From the NCBI GenBank assembly GCA_963828735.1, contig CAWHFW010000005.1:2496001-2560000 (forward strand): a stretch of 64,000 nt of DNA, written 5' to 3'. This stretch comes from an uncultured Gemmatimonadales bacterium (GTDB taxonomy: Bacteria; Gemmatimonadota; Gemmatimonadetes; Gemmatimonadales; GWC2-71-9). The position numbers were made by a program, and so were the translations under genes. Below are positions 1 through 9,179 of the stretch, piece by piece (position 1 is the stretch's first letter; each line of letters begins with the position of its first letter). The notes under the pieces were generated by a model that did no database searches, had not been told where the DNA came from, and saw only the letters and a program-made list of their open reading frames with translations.

Positions 1-51
1 GCCACTCGGATGGTAAGCCCGGTCCAGCTGCCAGCTACCCTGTGTAGAAGG

Positions 52-244
52 CGGCAAGGTCCGACACTTGAGCAAGTAAAGCACGGGCAAGAGTCCGGCA
101 TCAAATCCAGCAACTCCGCATCGGGTGACACGAGCTCGGTGAAGGGTGCAAATTGCCGGAGTTCGGGCGGTACAACGGCCCCTCTGGATCAGGAGAGTCC
201 TGGTTCACCTGCGGTGGCCTTCGGCTCGAGCCCAGGAGGGGCAA
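52..244 (+). repeat. tRNA-Gln(CUG) 3'-half att-like repeat, copy 1 (leader + tRNA fragment with 21-nt T-loop insert)
   Basis: CTCTGGA at 182-188, TCAGG, CCTGG..CCAGG T-stem, AGGGGCAA at 237-244; insert at 206-226; leader similar to the other copies. Confidence 0.9.
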
Positions 245-248
245 CTGA

Positions 249-280
249 AAGCGCGATGGCTGCTGGCAGCCATCGCGCTT
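249..280. terminator. Terminator-like hairpin after repeat copy 1
   Basis: AAGCGCGATGGCTGC-TG-GCAGCCATCGCGCTT inverted repeat; related hairpins follow copies 3 and 4. Confidence 0.75.
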
Positions 281-299
281 CTCCTTGCTCACGGCCTCA

Positions 300-469
300 T
301 CCAGCGATGGCTCTGGCAGACGTTCGAACTCGGCGACCTAGCGCATCCGAGGCATATCCTTCCGCGCGGTCGCCCAGAGGCGTCTGAACGTGTGCCAGAG
401 GCTTTCTGCGGGCTTCTCCAGGCCGCCGCAACGGAACGGGGCCTCGTTGAGTTACCACACGGCCACGTG
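300..469 (-). pseudogene. Decayed tyrosine recombinase/integrase C-terminal remnant
   Basis: Minus strand reads HVAVW*LNEAPFRCGGLEKPAESLWHTFRRLWATARKDMP, then VAEFERLP; resembles the H-x-x-R box II region; contains in-frame stops. Confidence 0.55.
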
Positions 470-530
470 CCAGGCGACTGGCCCACTGTGATGCCGCCGG
501 CGCTGGGGTGCGGGAAGAGCAGGGACGGGC

Positions 531-923
531 CTAGGCTCCCGGCATGTGGTAGAAGAACTGCTCCCGGACGATCTTCCCGTCCTTCACCGTGTAGAGCGCC
601 ATCTCGCACAGCTGCATCCGTTGGCCGGATTGCTTGACGGTGAAGTCGAAGTCGAACCGCACGGCGAACTGGCCCTCGCCCACGAACGGCCCGATCGCCT
701 CGGCCTTGTGGATCTCGTTGTTCTCGACCCACCGCTCGTTCTTGCCCCGGATTACGTCGATGCCGCGCATCTCCGCGGGCTTCTGCGGGCTGTCGATGGG
801 CTCCACGCTCACAATGTCCTTCGAGTAGAGCTTCGCGACGGCGTCGAGGTACTTTCCGGCCCGGCAGAGGCTGACCAGCTCCTGGGCGACGGTGGCGCTA
901 GAGGCGGGGGCGGCGGTAGGCAT
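531..923 (-). CDS. SnoaL-like / NTF2-fold protein
   Basis: 130 aa; ends EMALYTVKDGKIVREQFFY, a typical NTF2-like C-terminal strand; AGGAG RBS. Confidence 0.8.
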   Translation of the reverse strand: MPTAAPASSATVAQELVSLCRAGKYLDAVAKLYSKDIVSVEPIDSPQKPAEMRGIDVIRGKNERWVENNEIHKAEAIGPFVGEGQFAVRFDFDFTVKQSGQRMQLCEMALYTVKDGKIVREQFFYHMPGA

Positions 924-1240
924 GGTCTCACTCCTGAAATGGGTGCTTCCGGTATTTTAGTCGGTGCCTGAGCAGGCGCCACTCCCTGGTGGGATGCCAT
1001 GGATCGGCGTCCTGGTTGCCAGCAACCGCCGGAACGGCTTGGTGATACCGTGCAGCACCCGAGCGAACAGAGCTGGGAGCCGGGAATCACCGCGTGGACC
1101 TGTTCCACCGCCGCCTTGGGTGAGCCCGTGGTCTTGGCGCCGCCGGCAACGAGGGCGGGGGACTTTGACCTGCTTCGCCCCGTCGAGGATTGGTCCGGTC
1201 ATGACAGGCGGCTCGACGAGACGAAGGGGACTTAGTGGGT

Positions 1241-1436
1241 CCGGCAAACTCCGACATTTGAGTGAGTAAAGGACAGCAAAGTCCGACATGGAAGCCGCAA
1301 AGTCTGGCAGCGGGTGGCGCGAACTCGCGTAAATGGTGGCAAGTTGCCGGAGTTTGAGCGGTTACAGCGGCCACTCTGGATCAGGAGAGTCCTGGTTCAC
1401 CTGCGGTGGCCTTCGGCTCGAGCCCAGGAGGGGCAA
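1241..1436 (+). repeat. tRNA-Gln 3'-half att-like repeat, copy 2 (21-nt insert)
   Basis: CTCTGGA 1374-1380; AGGGGCAA 1429-1436; full leader. Confidence 0.9.
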
Positions 1437-1464
1437 TGCCCACCGTGGCAACGGTGGGCATTTT
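1435..1464. terminator. Intrinsic terminator hairpin after copy 2
   Basis: AATGCCCACCGT-GGCA-ACGGTGGGCATT followed by T-run. Confidence 0.8.
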
Positions 1465-1481
1465 CTTTGGGGCCCTCCGGA

Positions 1482-4157
1482 TCACCGCGCCTCCAGTTGC
1501 GCCACCCAGATGTCGCTTTCTTGGTCTCCGATGGTGCAGTAGAACGTTCGGCCGTCGGTGCTGAAGCCGTAGCGGATATGCTGGCGGGTGGGGTCGTCGA
1601 ATCTCACCAGCAGTCGCGAAGTGCCACCCGTCACCGGTACCGACCGGATCGACGACCCGAGTGGACCCTTGGCTACATAGTAGACGGTCTTCCCGTCGGG
1701 CGACCACGCAGCGAAGAAGGCCTCTTCGCCCGTCGACGTGTTAGGCACGATCAGGCGCGAGGCGCCGGCGGGTGACATTACCTGCAGGCCCTGCGAACTG
1801 TGGAAGGCGATCAGATCCTCGGTCGGTGACCAGTGCGCGAAATCCCCTGCGACCGGGATGGTCCGCATTGCGCTCCCATCCAGTGGAACGAGAATAAACG
1901 TCGAGGCGGCAAGGTAAGTCGAAGTAGCTCCGGACTTCTTGTCGGCCGGGATGACCATTCCGACCAGCTCGTGTCCGTCTGGCGACCACGCCGGGTCGAG
2001 CTCGTGCGCCGGGCTGCTGGTACGTTGGATTACCCCGGATCCGTCGGCCGCCATCGTGTAGAGATCGCGATTCCCGGTACGTATGGAGTGGAACGCAATC
2101 TGGTGCCCGTCCGGTGACCAGGCAGGGCTGTAAGCGCCGGCCGAATCGGTGGTGAGCTGAATCGCTTCTCCTCCGGCCGCCGGCATCTTGTAGATCTGCC
2201 AACTGCCGTTGCGGTCCGAGTTGAACACCAGCCACCGCCCATCCCGGGAGACATCGACGGTTTCGATTGTCTGGTCGCCCGTCGTCACCGGCCGTGCCCC
2301 GGCGATCGACACGGCCCTCGAGGTTGGAACGGGTATGGACCAGATGTTGGAAAGCGTGCGAAAGCGCGCATAGGCGAGTCGTCGCCCGTCAACGGAGAGG
2401 CTGATCGTGTGGGCGTCGGCCCCGGTGGTGAGCCGTTCCGTCTCGCCGGCCGGCGCGCCCGATGCATCGAGGCGGACTCGGTAGACGTCTCGGCTCCCAC
2501 CCCGATCCGAGACCCAGAACAGATGCCGACCGTCTGGGGCCCACTGCGGGCTAATGTTCAGATGCTGGTCTGCGGTCACCCGGATGGCGGGACTGCCGTT
2601 CACGGGCAGCACCCAGATGGAAGAGGGGAACTCATTTCCGAAGTAGACACTGCCAAAGACGAAGTCGGGATTGTCCGCTACGCCCGCGAGGCGGGTACCA
2701 TCGGGGGACCAGGTTAGCGAGTGCACGTCGCGCACCCCGGTGAGGTGGGTGGCTGCCCCTTCCCCGATCGGTACCACCGTAACGTCACGGCCGATTCCAG
2801 TACTGTAGGCGATGCGTCGCCCGTCAGGCGACCACGCGAATCCACGGAGCCGGGTGAACGCGCTCGTGGTTGACTCCGCGAGCTGAGCCTCGAGCCGCAC
2901 CACAAGCCGTGGTTGCCCCCCGAGCGCCGGCACCACCGCGATGCCGTCTTCGCCCTGATACGCGATTCGCGACCCGTCTGGTGACCACCGAGGCCAGCGG
3001 TACCCCTGAGAGGAGTCAGAGGTCAGCGCGATGGTGCGCCCGCCACCGACCTGGCGGACGAAAATCTGCATTCGTGTAGGCGGACCCGCAGCGTACGCGA
3101 CCAGACTGCCGTCGGGTGAGAGCGCGGGATCGACCTCCAGCCCCGGATCGCGCGTGACCTGCACGGTCTGGCCAATGGTGAGTGCGGAATCGCCGTGGCC
3201 GACGCGCAGGCTGAGGAGCACGGCCGCCGCGATGGCGCCGAGGATTGCGAGGCCGGCGATCATCATCCGCCGCCGCGGCGAACCCTTCGGAATCGCGGGA
3301 GGCGGGAGTGGCTGTTGCGCCGAGAGCGCCTCGGCAAACTGGCCGACCGGGTTGAAGCGATCGGCAGGGTTCTTGGCCAGCGCACGCTCGAGGGCCGCCG
3401 CGACAATGCCCGGCACCGCGGGCCTGATCTGGGTGATGGGAGGCGGGGTCGCGGTAAGATGCTGATGAGCGATGCTCTGAACCGTGGGGCCGGAGAATGG
3501 CGGCTGACCCGCCAGCATCTCGTAGAGAACGCACCCGAGGGCATAGAGATCGGTTCGCCCGTCGACGTCCCTGTCTCCCGCGACCTGCTCCGGGCTCATG
3601 TACGCCGGCGTCCCGAGCGCGAGTCCCGTGCCGGTGAGTCTCTCGGCTCCGGTCGTGCTCACCGCTCGCGCGATGCCAAAGTCCGCCACCAGCGCGTGGC
3701 CGCTCTCGAGCAGGATGTTCTCCGGTTTGATATCGCGATGGATCACTCCGTGTCCGTGCGCGTAGCTCAGCGCGTCCGCTACCTGGCCCGCGATGCGTAG
3801 CGCGTCGTCGAGGGGAAGCTGCTTCTCGCGCTTCAGCCGTTCGCGCAGCGATTCCCCGTCGACGAAGGGCATGACGTAATAAAGGAGAGCGCCGGATGGT
3901 TCCGCCGTACGCCCCGAGTCATACAACGGGAGGATATGGGGATGGCGCAGGTTGGCGGTGGTCGCGATCTCGCGCAGGAAGCGCTCGGGTCCGAGGGCGT
4001 GAACCAGCGCGGGTCGGAGCACCTTTATGGCGACCTTGCGATCGTGCTTGAGGTCATGCGCGAGATAGACCGTCGCCATCCCGCCCGCGCCAAGCTCGCG
4101 GTCGAGGCGGTAGCGATCGGCCAGGGCGTCCTGAAGTCGCGCTTGGAGGTCGGACAA
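1482..4157 (-). CDS. Ser/Thr protein kinase with TM helix and TolB-like (PD40) beta-propeller
   Basis: GAGGMATVY, VAIK, HRDIKPEN, DFG, GTPAYMSPE; TM segment; repeated WSPDG motifs. TTG start at 4157 inferred because the longer ORF runs into repeat copy 3. Confidence 0.9.
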   Translation of the reverse strand: MSDLQARLQDALADRYRLDRELGAGGMATVYLAHDLKHDRKVAIKVLRPALVHALGPERFLREIATTANLRHPHILPLYDSGRTAEPSGALLYYVMPFVDGESLRERLKREKQLPLDDALRIAGQVADALSYAHGHGVIHRDIKPENILLESGHALVADFGIARAVSTTGAERLTGTGLALGTPAYMSPEQVAGDRDVDGRTDLYALGCVLYEMLAGQPPFSGPTVQSIAHQHLTATPPPITQIRPAVPGIVAAALERALAKNPADRFNPVGQFAEALSAQQPLPPPAIPKGSPRRRMMIAGLAILGAIAAAVLLSLRVGHGDSALTIGQTVQVTRDPGLEVDPALSPDGSLVAYAAGPPTRMQIFVRQVGGGRTIALTSDSSQGYRWPRWSPDGSRIAYQGEDGIAVVPALGGQPRLVVRLEAQLAESTTSAFTRLRGFAWSPDGRRIAYSTGIGRDVTVVPIGEGAATHLTGVRDVHSLTWSPDGTRLAGVADNPDFVFGSVYFGNEFPSSIWVLPVNGSPAIRVTADQHLNISPQWAPDGRHLFWVSDRGGSRDVYRVRLDASGAPAGETERLTTGADAHTISLSVDGRRLAYARFRTLSNIWSIPVPTSRAVSIAGARPVTTGDQTIETVDVSRDGRWLVFNSDRNGSWQIYKMPAAGGEAIQLTTDSAGAYSPAWSPDGHQIAFHSIRTGNRDLYTMAADGSGVIQRTSSPAHELDPAWSPDGHELVGMVIPADKKSGATSTYLAASTFILVPLDGSAMRTIPVAGDFAHWSPTEDLIAFHSSQGLQVMSPAGASRLIVPNTSTGEEAFFAAWSPDGKTVYYVAKGPLGSSIRSVPVTGGTSRLLVRFDDPTRQHIRYGFSTDGRTFYCTIGDQESDIWVAQLEAR

Positions 4158-4248
4158 GTTGGTCGCCAGAGGGAGAGTGCCCAAAAATGAGTTGGCGGGG
4201 ACCCGGTCGCCAGTCGGGCAGCCCTGAAGGGATCTCTTGGAAGGGACT

Positions 4249-4469
4249 CCGGCAAACTCCGGCATGTGAGCGAGTAAGGCCCGGCAATGTCCGGCATCCA
4301 AGCCGGCAAACTCTGGCAGCGGGTGGCACGAACTCGCGTAAAGGTTGCAAGTTGCTGGAATTTGACTGGTTACAACGGCCCCTCTGGATCAGGAGAGTCC
4401 TGGTTGACCTCAAAAGGTCGCCTTCGGCTCACCTGCGGTGGCCTTCGGCTGGGAGCCCAGGAGGGGCAA
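4249..4469 (+). repeat. tRNA-Gln 3'-half att-like repeat, copy 3 (45-nt insert)
   Basis: CTCTGGA 4382-4388; insert 4406-4450; AGGGGCAA 4462-4469; hairpin 4474-4507 follows. Confidence 0.9.
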
Positions 4470-4545
4470 CTCGAAGCGCGGTGGCTGCGTGGCAGCCACC
4501 GCGCTTTGCCTACTTAGCGGGCGCAGGCCGAGGCGGCGGCGACGG

Positions 4546-6333
4546 TCATCTCTGGTTTCCGACGAAGATCGCCCCGTCGAGCTTGCCCTGCATGTTGGTG
4601 AGGGGCGCGTAGTAGGTGTCGTAGCTCCGGCCGAAGATGGTGGCCTCTCCCCGATACGAGTAGTTCTGCACCAGTGCCTGATAGCTGGCCGACTCGCGAT
4701 CGAGCTTCGTGTTGAGCGCGACTTTGCCCTCGGCGGTGAGCAACGTGGTCTGGATCCGTATAAAGTCCGCGCCGTCGAACGAGAAGATCGTCGCGGTCGT
4801 CATCCGATTGCGCGCATTGAGGACGTGGATGGTCATCATGATGCTCACGACGAGCGCCACCACAAACACCACCGAGAACACGTGCAGGACGGCTTCGTAG
4901 GAGCCCGTGGCCTGATACAGGCGGGCCACCAGCTGTGGGCCGGTGATGCCGGCCAGACCCCAGGCGCTCAACACGTAGCCATGGATGGCGCCCAGCTCCT
5001 TGGTGCCGAACAGATCGCCGATATATGCCGGGAGAGTTGCGAACCCGCCGCCGTAGCAGGTCAGGATCAGGTAGAGCACGAGCTGGAACAGGATGACGCT
5101 GGTGATGTCGGGCAGCACCCAGAACGCGACGACCTCGATGATGAAGAAGGCGGTATACGTGCCCGAACGGCCCAGGTAATCGGATAGCGAGGCCCAGCCG
5201 AGGCGACCGAGGCCGTTGAAGATGGACATGAGCCCGACCACGCCAGCCGCTTGGGCGGGCGTCAGGCCGATGCTTTCCTGCGCCAGCGGGGACGCCGTGT
5301 AAATGATGCCGATGCCACACGAGATGTTGATGAACATCATGATCCAGAGGCCGTAAAACGGGGCTCGCCGGACCGCGGCGTTGGCCGTGAGCTGGGTGAG
5401 GTCGGGAATGACCTTGCGCTTGCCGGCGTCCACGTCCGCTTTCATCCTCTCCGGCATCCAGCCCGGAGGCGGGCGCTCGATGTAGCGGGCGGCCGCGAGC
5501 ATGATGACGAGGTAGGCGATCCCGGCGAAGAGGAAAGCCGCCGAGATGCCGGCCGCGATGGCGCTCCGGAAGGGCGCCGTGCCCGCCGACGCCCAGAACG
5601 GCGCCAGCCCCGGATCGGCCTGGCTGCTCTGGAGCGCGGCCAGCGTACCGGCCGCGTCCCGGGCCTGCTTCTCGGGCAGCGAAGCCAGGACCTTCTCGCT
5701 CCGTCCATCACGCACCATGCTCAAGAATTCCGGGAGCTCGATCGCCGCCGTGGACGAATCGTGGAGGTGCATGTCCTTTAGGATGGTTTTCGCGGCGTTG
5801 TAGTTCGCGACGCCGTGGCTATAGGTGGACTCGGAGAGACCAAGCTGCCCGGCGGCCACCCGGGACATGATGTAGTTGCAGACCGGACCTCCGATGGCGG
5901 CCCCGAAGCCGAAGCCCATGATAGCCAGCCCGGTGGCTAGACCCCGGCGGTCGGGAAACCACTTCACCAGGGTCGAGACCGGGGTGATGTAGCCGATGCC
6001 GAGTCCCATGCCGCCCAGGATCCCGTATCCCAGCCACAGCACCTGGATCACGCCCAGCTTCACGCCGAGGCTGGCGACCAGGAGCCCGGTACCCCAGAGG
6101 GCGGCCGCCACCGTGCCCGAGGTGCGCGGTCCCCGGCGCTCGACGAAGCGTCCCATGACGGCAGCCGACATTCCCAGGAAAAAGATGGCGAGGCTGAAGG
6201 TGATGGCCACATCGCTCTTGGTCCAGCCGAACGCATTCTCGAGTGGCAGGTTGAAGACGCTCCAGGCGTACACCGATCCGATGGAGATGTGAATGCCGAC
6301 GGCCGAGAGCGCGATGAGCCAGCGATTCTTCAC
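4546..6333 (-). CDS. OFA-family (oxalate/formate antiporter-like) MFS transporter with C-terminal Cache-like domain
   Basis: GSVYAWSVF, TLVKWFPDRRGLATG, GRLGWASLSD motifs; C-terminal ATIF..GADFIRIQTTL..YRGEATIFGRSYDTYYAPL resembles Cache domains; GTG start with GAGGAGG RBS. Confidence 0.85.
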   Translation of the reverse strand: MKNRWLIALSAVGIHISIGSVYAWSVFNLPLENAFGWTKSDVAITFSLAIFFLGMSAAVMGRFVERRGPRTSGTVAAALWGTGLLVASLGVKLGVIQVLWLGYGILGGMGLGIGYITPVSTLVKWFPDRRGLATGLAIMGFGFGAAIGGPVCNYIMSRVAAGQLGLSESTYSHGVANYNAAKTILKDMHLHDSSTAAIELPEFLSMVRDGRSEKVLASLPEKQARDAAGTLAALQSSQADPGLAPFWASAGTAPFRSAIAAGISAAFLFAGIAYLVIMLAAARYIERPPPGWMPERMKADVDAGKRKVIPDLTQLTANAAVRRAPFYGLWIMMFINISCGIGIIYTASPLAQESIGLTPAQAAGVVGLMSIFNGLGRLGWASLSDYLGRSGTYTAFFIIEVVAFWVLPDITSVILFQLVLYLILTCYGGGFATLPAYIGDLFGTKELGAIHGYVLSAWGLAGITGPQLVARLYQATGSYEAVLHVFSVVFVVALVVSIMMTIHVLNARNRMTTATIFSFDGADFIRIQTTLLTAEGKVALNTKLDRESASYQALVQNYSYRGEATIFGRSYDTYYAPLTNMQGKLDGAIFVGNQR

Positions 6334-6373
6334 GGACCCTCCTCGAGGAGTGCTCAGGATAGGCCCCCCGGGC

Positions 6374-6393
6374 TTCGAGCCCAGGAGGGGCAA
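6374..6393 (+). repeat. Partial tRNA-Gln 3' end (T-loop to discriminator)
   Basis: TTCGAGCCCAGGAGGGGCAA, matching the 3' end of the full copies. Confidence 0.8.
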
Positions 6394-7296
6394 CTCGGAA
6401 CGAGATAGGCACTTAAGGAGCTATCCCGTTTCTCTTTCGGGAAATGGCCTGTGGCTCGGCGACGGTGTGAAGCGCCTCCCCACACCCTCCCGGCAATCTT
6501 TACAAGAGAATGTGGAGAGCGATGACCCGCTTCCCGTCGAGCGGCACTTCCCGCTCGTTTCCGCTCAGGCGGCGGCGCTGAACCCGGAGAAGATGAACCG
6601 GTACGCCTGGTGTGAAGCGTCGTACTCGGTGTGGAACCTGGTCGGATGCGCGCCGGCCAGCCCCGGGACCTCGGGGATCGGGAAGTCGAACGACTTTTTC
6701 TCCATCAGCATCGCCTTGGAGACCATCGGCTCGACCGGCCTAGAGCAAGCCAAGTGCGCGGTCTAACGACAGCGCGGGCTGCGCCTTAGCGTCACAACAA
6801 GTCCGCCACGGAACGATCCTGCACCCGTCCGCCAGGGATGCGTCGTGCGAGCGCACGCCACCCCTGATGGCTGCTACTCTCGTTGTAGGAGGTGGGAATC
6901 ATTGGTCGCCGCAGACAGCGGCGGCATGGAGTATACGCAGTTGTACCAGTAGATGGGCTGAGCCCGACCGGAATGCGCCTGTCAGGAGGAGGAACTCGCG
7001 GCCACTTGAGGACCGGGCGAGCGGCTGCTCGGAGAACGGCGGCGTGCCCAGCCGGGGCTGGTGGGATCCTCGGTTCTGTGTGCCGCTTGTGTGCCAACTC
7101 GCCAAAAGGCAGGCGCAGTGGCAACGAGAGGCCATGCATTTGCAACACCGGGCACTGCGTGGTTATTCGAGCATGTAGTGCTCGTTATGCGCGTAAGGCC
7201 CCCACCCCGAGATGACGTAGTATGGACTCACCGACGACAGCCACGATGGGCAAGGACGCCGGGTGAGGCATCGTCGTCAGGGAACCCGAGTGAATC

Positions 7297-8295
7297 ATGC
7301 AGATCAGAGCATACGCGATCAGAGAGAAAGGCGGCACGGCGGAGCCCTTCCTGTATGAGAGGACTCTCGGCGGCCGTGAGGTCTTGGTAAGGATCACGCA
7401 TCGTAGCCTCGCGAGGGGCGACATCCAGTTCATCGATAATGATTGGGGTGACGCGCGGTATCCGCTGGTCCCCGGCCACGAGATCGTTGGAATCGTCGAA
7501 GAGGCCGGTTCTGAGGTCGCCGGTCTGCACACCGGCGATCGCGTTGGGATCGGGTACCAGCAGGAGGCGTGTTTCGACTGCTCCTTCTGCAAGCGGGGCG
7601 CGGAGCAACTCTGCGCCAGTCAGAAGGTCATTGCCGTCGACCGTTACGGCGGCCTGGCCGAACACATCATTGTCGATGCTCGGTTCGCCTTCCGGCTCCC
7701 GCCGCAGCTCGATTCGGCCACATCGACCCCTCTGCTCTCGTCCGGCCTGACAGTGTACGCAGGCATTCTTCGGGCCGGACTGGCCGACGGTTGTCCAGTG
7801 GCGGTGCTGGGCGCCGGAGGCCTCGGTCACCTGGCCATACAGTTCCTCCACAAGATGGGACACCGCGTGACGGCGTTTTCGCATTCGCCAGCCAAGAGAG
7901 CGCTGATTGAGCGGCTGGGAGGCGCATTCGCGGACAGCTCGGACGCGGAGCGCCTGACCGAGTACCAGGGGGAGTTTGACTTCATCCTCTCGACGCTGAA
8001 TGTCGCCTTCGACCTTGACTCCTTTGTGAGAATGCTGACGCCACAGGGTCAGCTCTGCCTGGTGGCGTCGCCGTTGAAGCAGCTATCGCTGAGCGGCGGG
8101 CTATTGAACAATTCTCGGCGATCCATCTATGGGAACTACATAGGGAGTCGTGCGGATACAACGCAGATGCTCGCGTTCTCGTCGAAGCATGGCATCGCGG
8201 CTATCGTCGATGTCATGCCGCTCGCTCGAGTGAACGAAGCCATCGAGCGGGTCAGAAGAAGAGATGTCGCGATGGGTCTCGTGCTGGAGAGCTAG
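7297..8295 (+). CDS. MDR-family NAD(P)-dependent alcohol dehydrogenase-like protein (CAD/Ahr type)
   Basis: PGHEIVG, structural Zn C-x2-C-x2-C-x7-C, GAGGLG nucleotide-binding motif. Confidence 0.85.
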   Translation: MQIRAYAIREKGGTAEPFLYERTLGGREVLVRITHRSLARGDIQFIDNDWGDARYPLVPGHEIVGIVEEAGSEVAGLHTGDRVGIGYQQEACFDCSFCKRGAEQLCASQKVIAVDRYGGLAEHIIVDARFAFRLPPQLDSATSTPLLSSGLTVYAGILRAGLADGCPVAVLGAGGLGHLAIQFLHKMGHRVTAFSHSPAKRALIERLGGAFADSSDAERLTEYQGEFDFILSTLNVAFDLDSFVRMLTPQGQLCLVASPLKQLSLSGGLLNNSRRSIYGNYIGSRADTTQMLAFSSKHGIAAIVDVMPLARVNEAIERVRRRDVAMGLVLES

Positions 8296-8336
8296 GATCC
8301 CCGCTCGAGCGCGCAGGCTATCTCCTCATGTCGGGC

Positions 8337-8390
8337 TTTTCTATCTGCGGGGTTGTGTGAGTAGTCTGTGAGTAATATTTGTGACCTCAC
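8337..8390 (+). repeat. Orphan right-flank motif with TGTGAG direct repeats
   Basis: TATCTGCGGGGTTGTGTGAGTAGTCTGTGAG.. matches the flank downstream of copy 4 (11066-11117). Confidence 0.6.
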
Positions 8391-8543
8391 GCCGGCGCTC
8401 CGCCGCCGAGCTTGGAACAGTTCGCGGACCGCCTCCCGGGTTGTCCCCGGGAGGCGGGAGATGAACAGAAGGGCACCGCCAAGACGTGGTAGCCTCGATG
8501 AAACGTATACAGTCCCGCTACGTGCAGCAGCCAAGATACTCGA

Positions 8544-9065
8544 CTACTTCCGACCAACTACCGAGCAACGATACACCTCATCCGTCGAGACGATCGTGAT
8601 CTCGGGGCTCGGGCCGGCCGCGGCCGCGAGGACCTCCTCATCCGAGGTGAACTGGTGGGGCGTGAAACCCGGGTTGAAGACGATGAGGTTCTGGTGCCAC
8701 AGGGGATTGAATCCGTCGCCCTGGATGGCATCGATGACAGAGATGAAGTCCTGCTCCTCGTCCAGATCGTTGGAGGCATAGATCTGATTGATGCTCCCGT
8801 TGTGCGCGATGGTCGCGGCAGATGCATCCTCCGGCAGCTCCTTCATGTTGACGGTGAACAGCTCGCCATCGTAGTACGCCGGCCTCTGGCCCGCCGCGCC
8901 GTTAGTGCTCCGCGCGGCCGCGAGCTCTCCTGCCGGCTGGACCGCAGGGTTCGTCCCAGACTGACCCGTCATGGGGGCCGTAACGTCGGACTGGCATGCG
9001 GTCCAAAGGGCCGACAACGCGACCAGGGCGGCCCGGGCGCGGGCCGAGTTCCAAGCGCTGCTCAT
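8544..9065 (-). CDS. Putative lipoprotein, likely target of the adjacent ECF sigma
   Basis: AAGGAG RBS; lipobox-like LWTAC; conserved-looking domain AYYDGELFTVN..DGFNPLW. Confidence 0.7.
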   Translation of the reverse strand: MSSAWNSARARAALVALSALWTACQSDVTAPMTGQSGTNPAVQPAGELAAARSTNGAAGQRPAYYDGELFTVNMKELPEDASAATIAHNGSINQIYASNDLDEEQDFISVIDAIQGDGFNPLWHQNLIVFNPGFTPHQFTSDEEVLAAAAGPSPEITIVSTDEVYRCSVVGRK

Positions 9066-9149
9066 ATCGCTGCTCCTTCGGTGTGTGCAGTATGTGTGTT
9101 CTGCCTGCGCGCTCGGCATGGGCGTTCCCATGCCGAGGCGTTGTCTAGG

Positions 9150-9178
9150 CAGACGGCACAGACGCGAGGAGTATTCCC
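9150..9178 (-). promoter_or_regulatory. ECF sigma promoter GGGAATA-N16-CGTCTG
   Basis: Same motif and spacing as 10691-10719. Confidence 0.65.
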
Positions 9179-9179
9179 G

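Noticed and set aside
182..244. Intact tRNA-Gln genes
   Set aside because: No acceptor 5' strand, D-arm or 5' anticodon stem in any copy, and the T-loop is interrupted.
1241..1436. Repeat as an IS or MITE
   Set aside because: No terminal inverted repeats, target-site duplications or transposase were seen, and all copies share one orientation. Not fully excluded without a genome-wide search.
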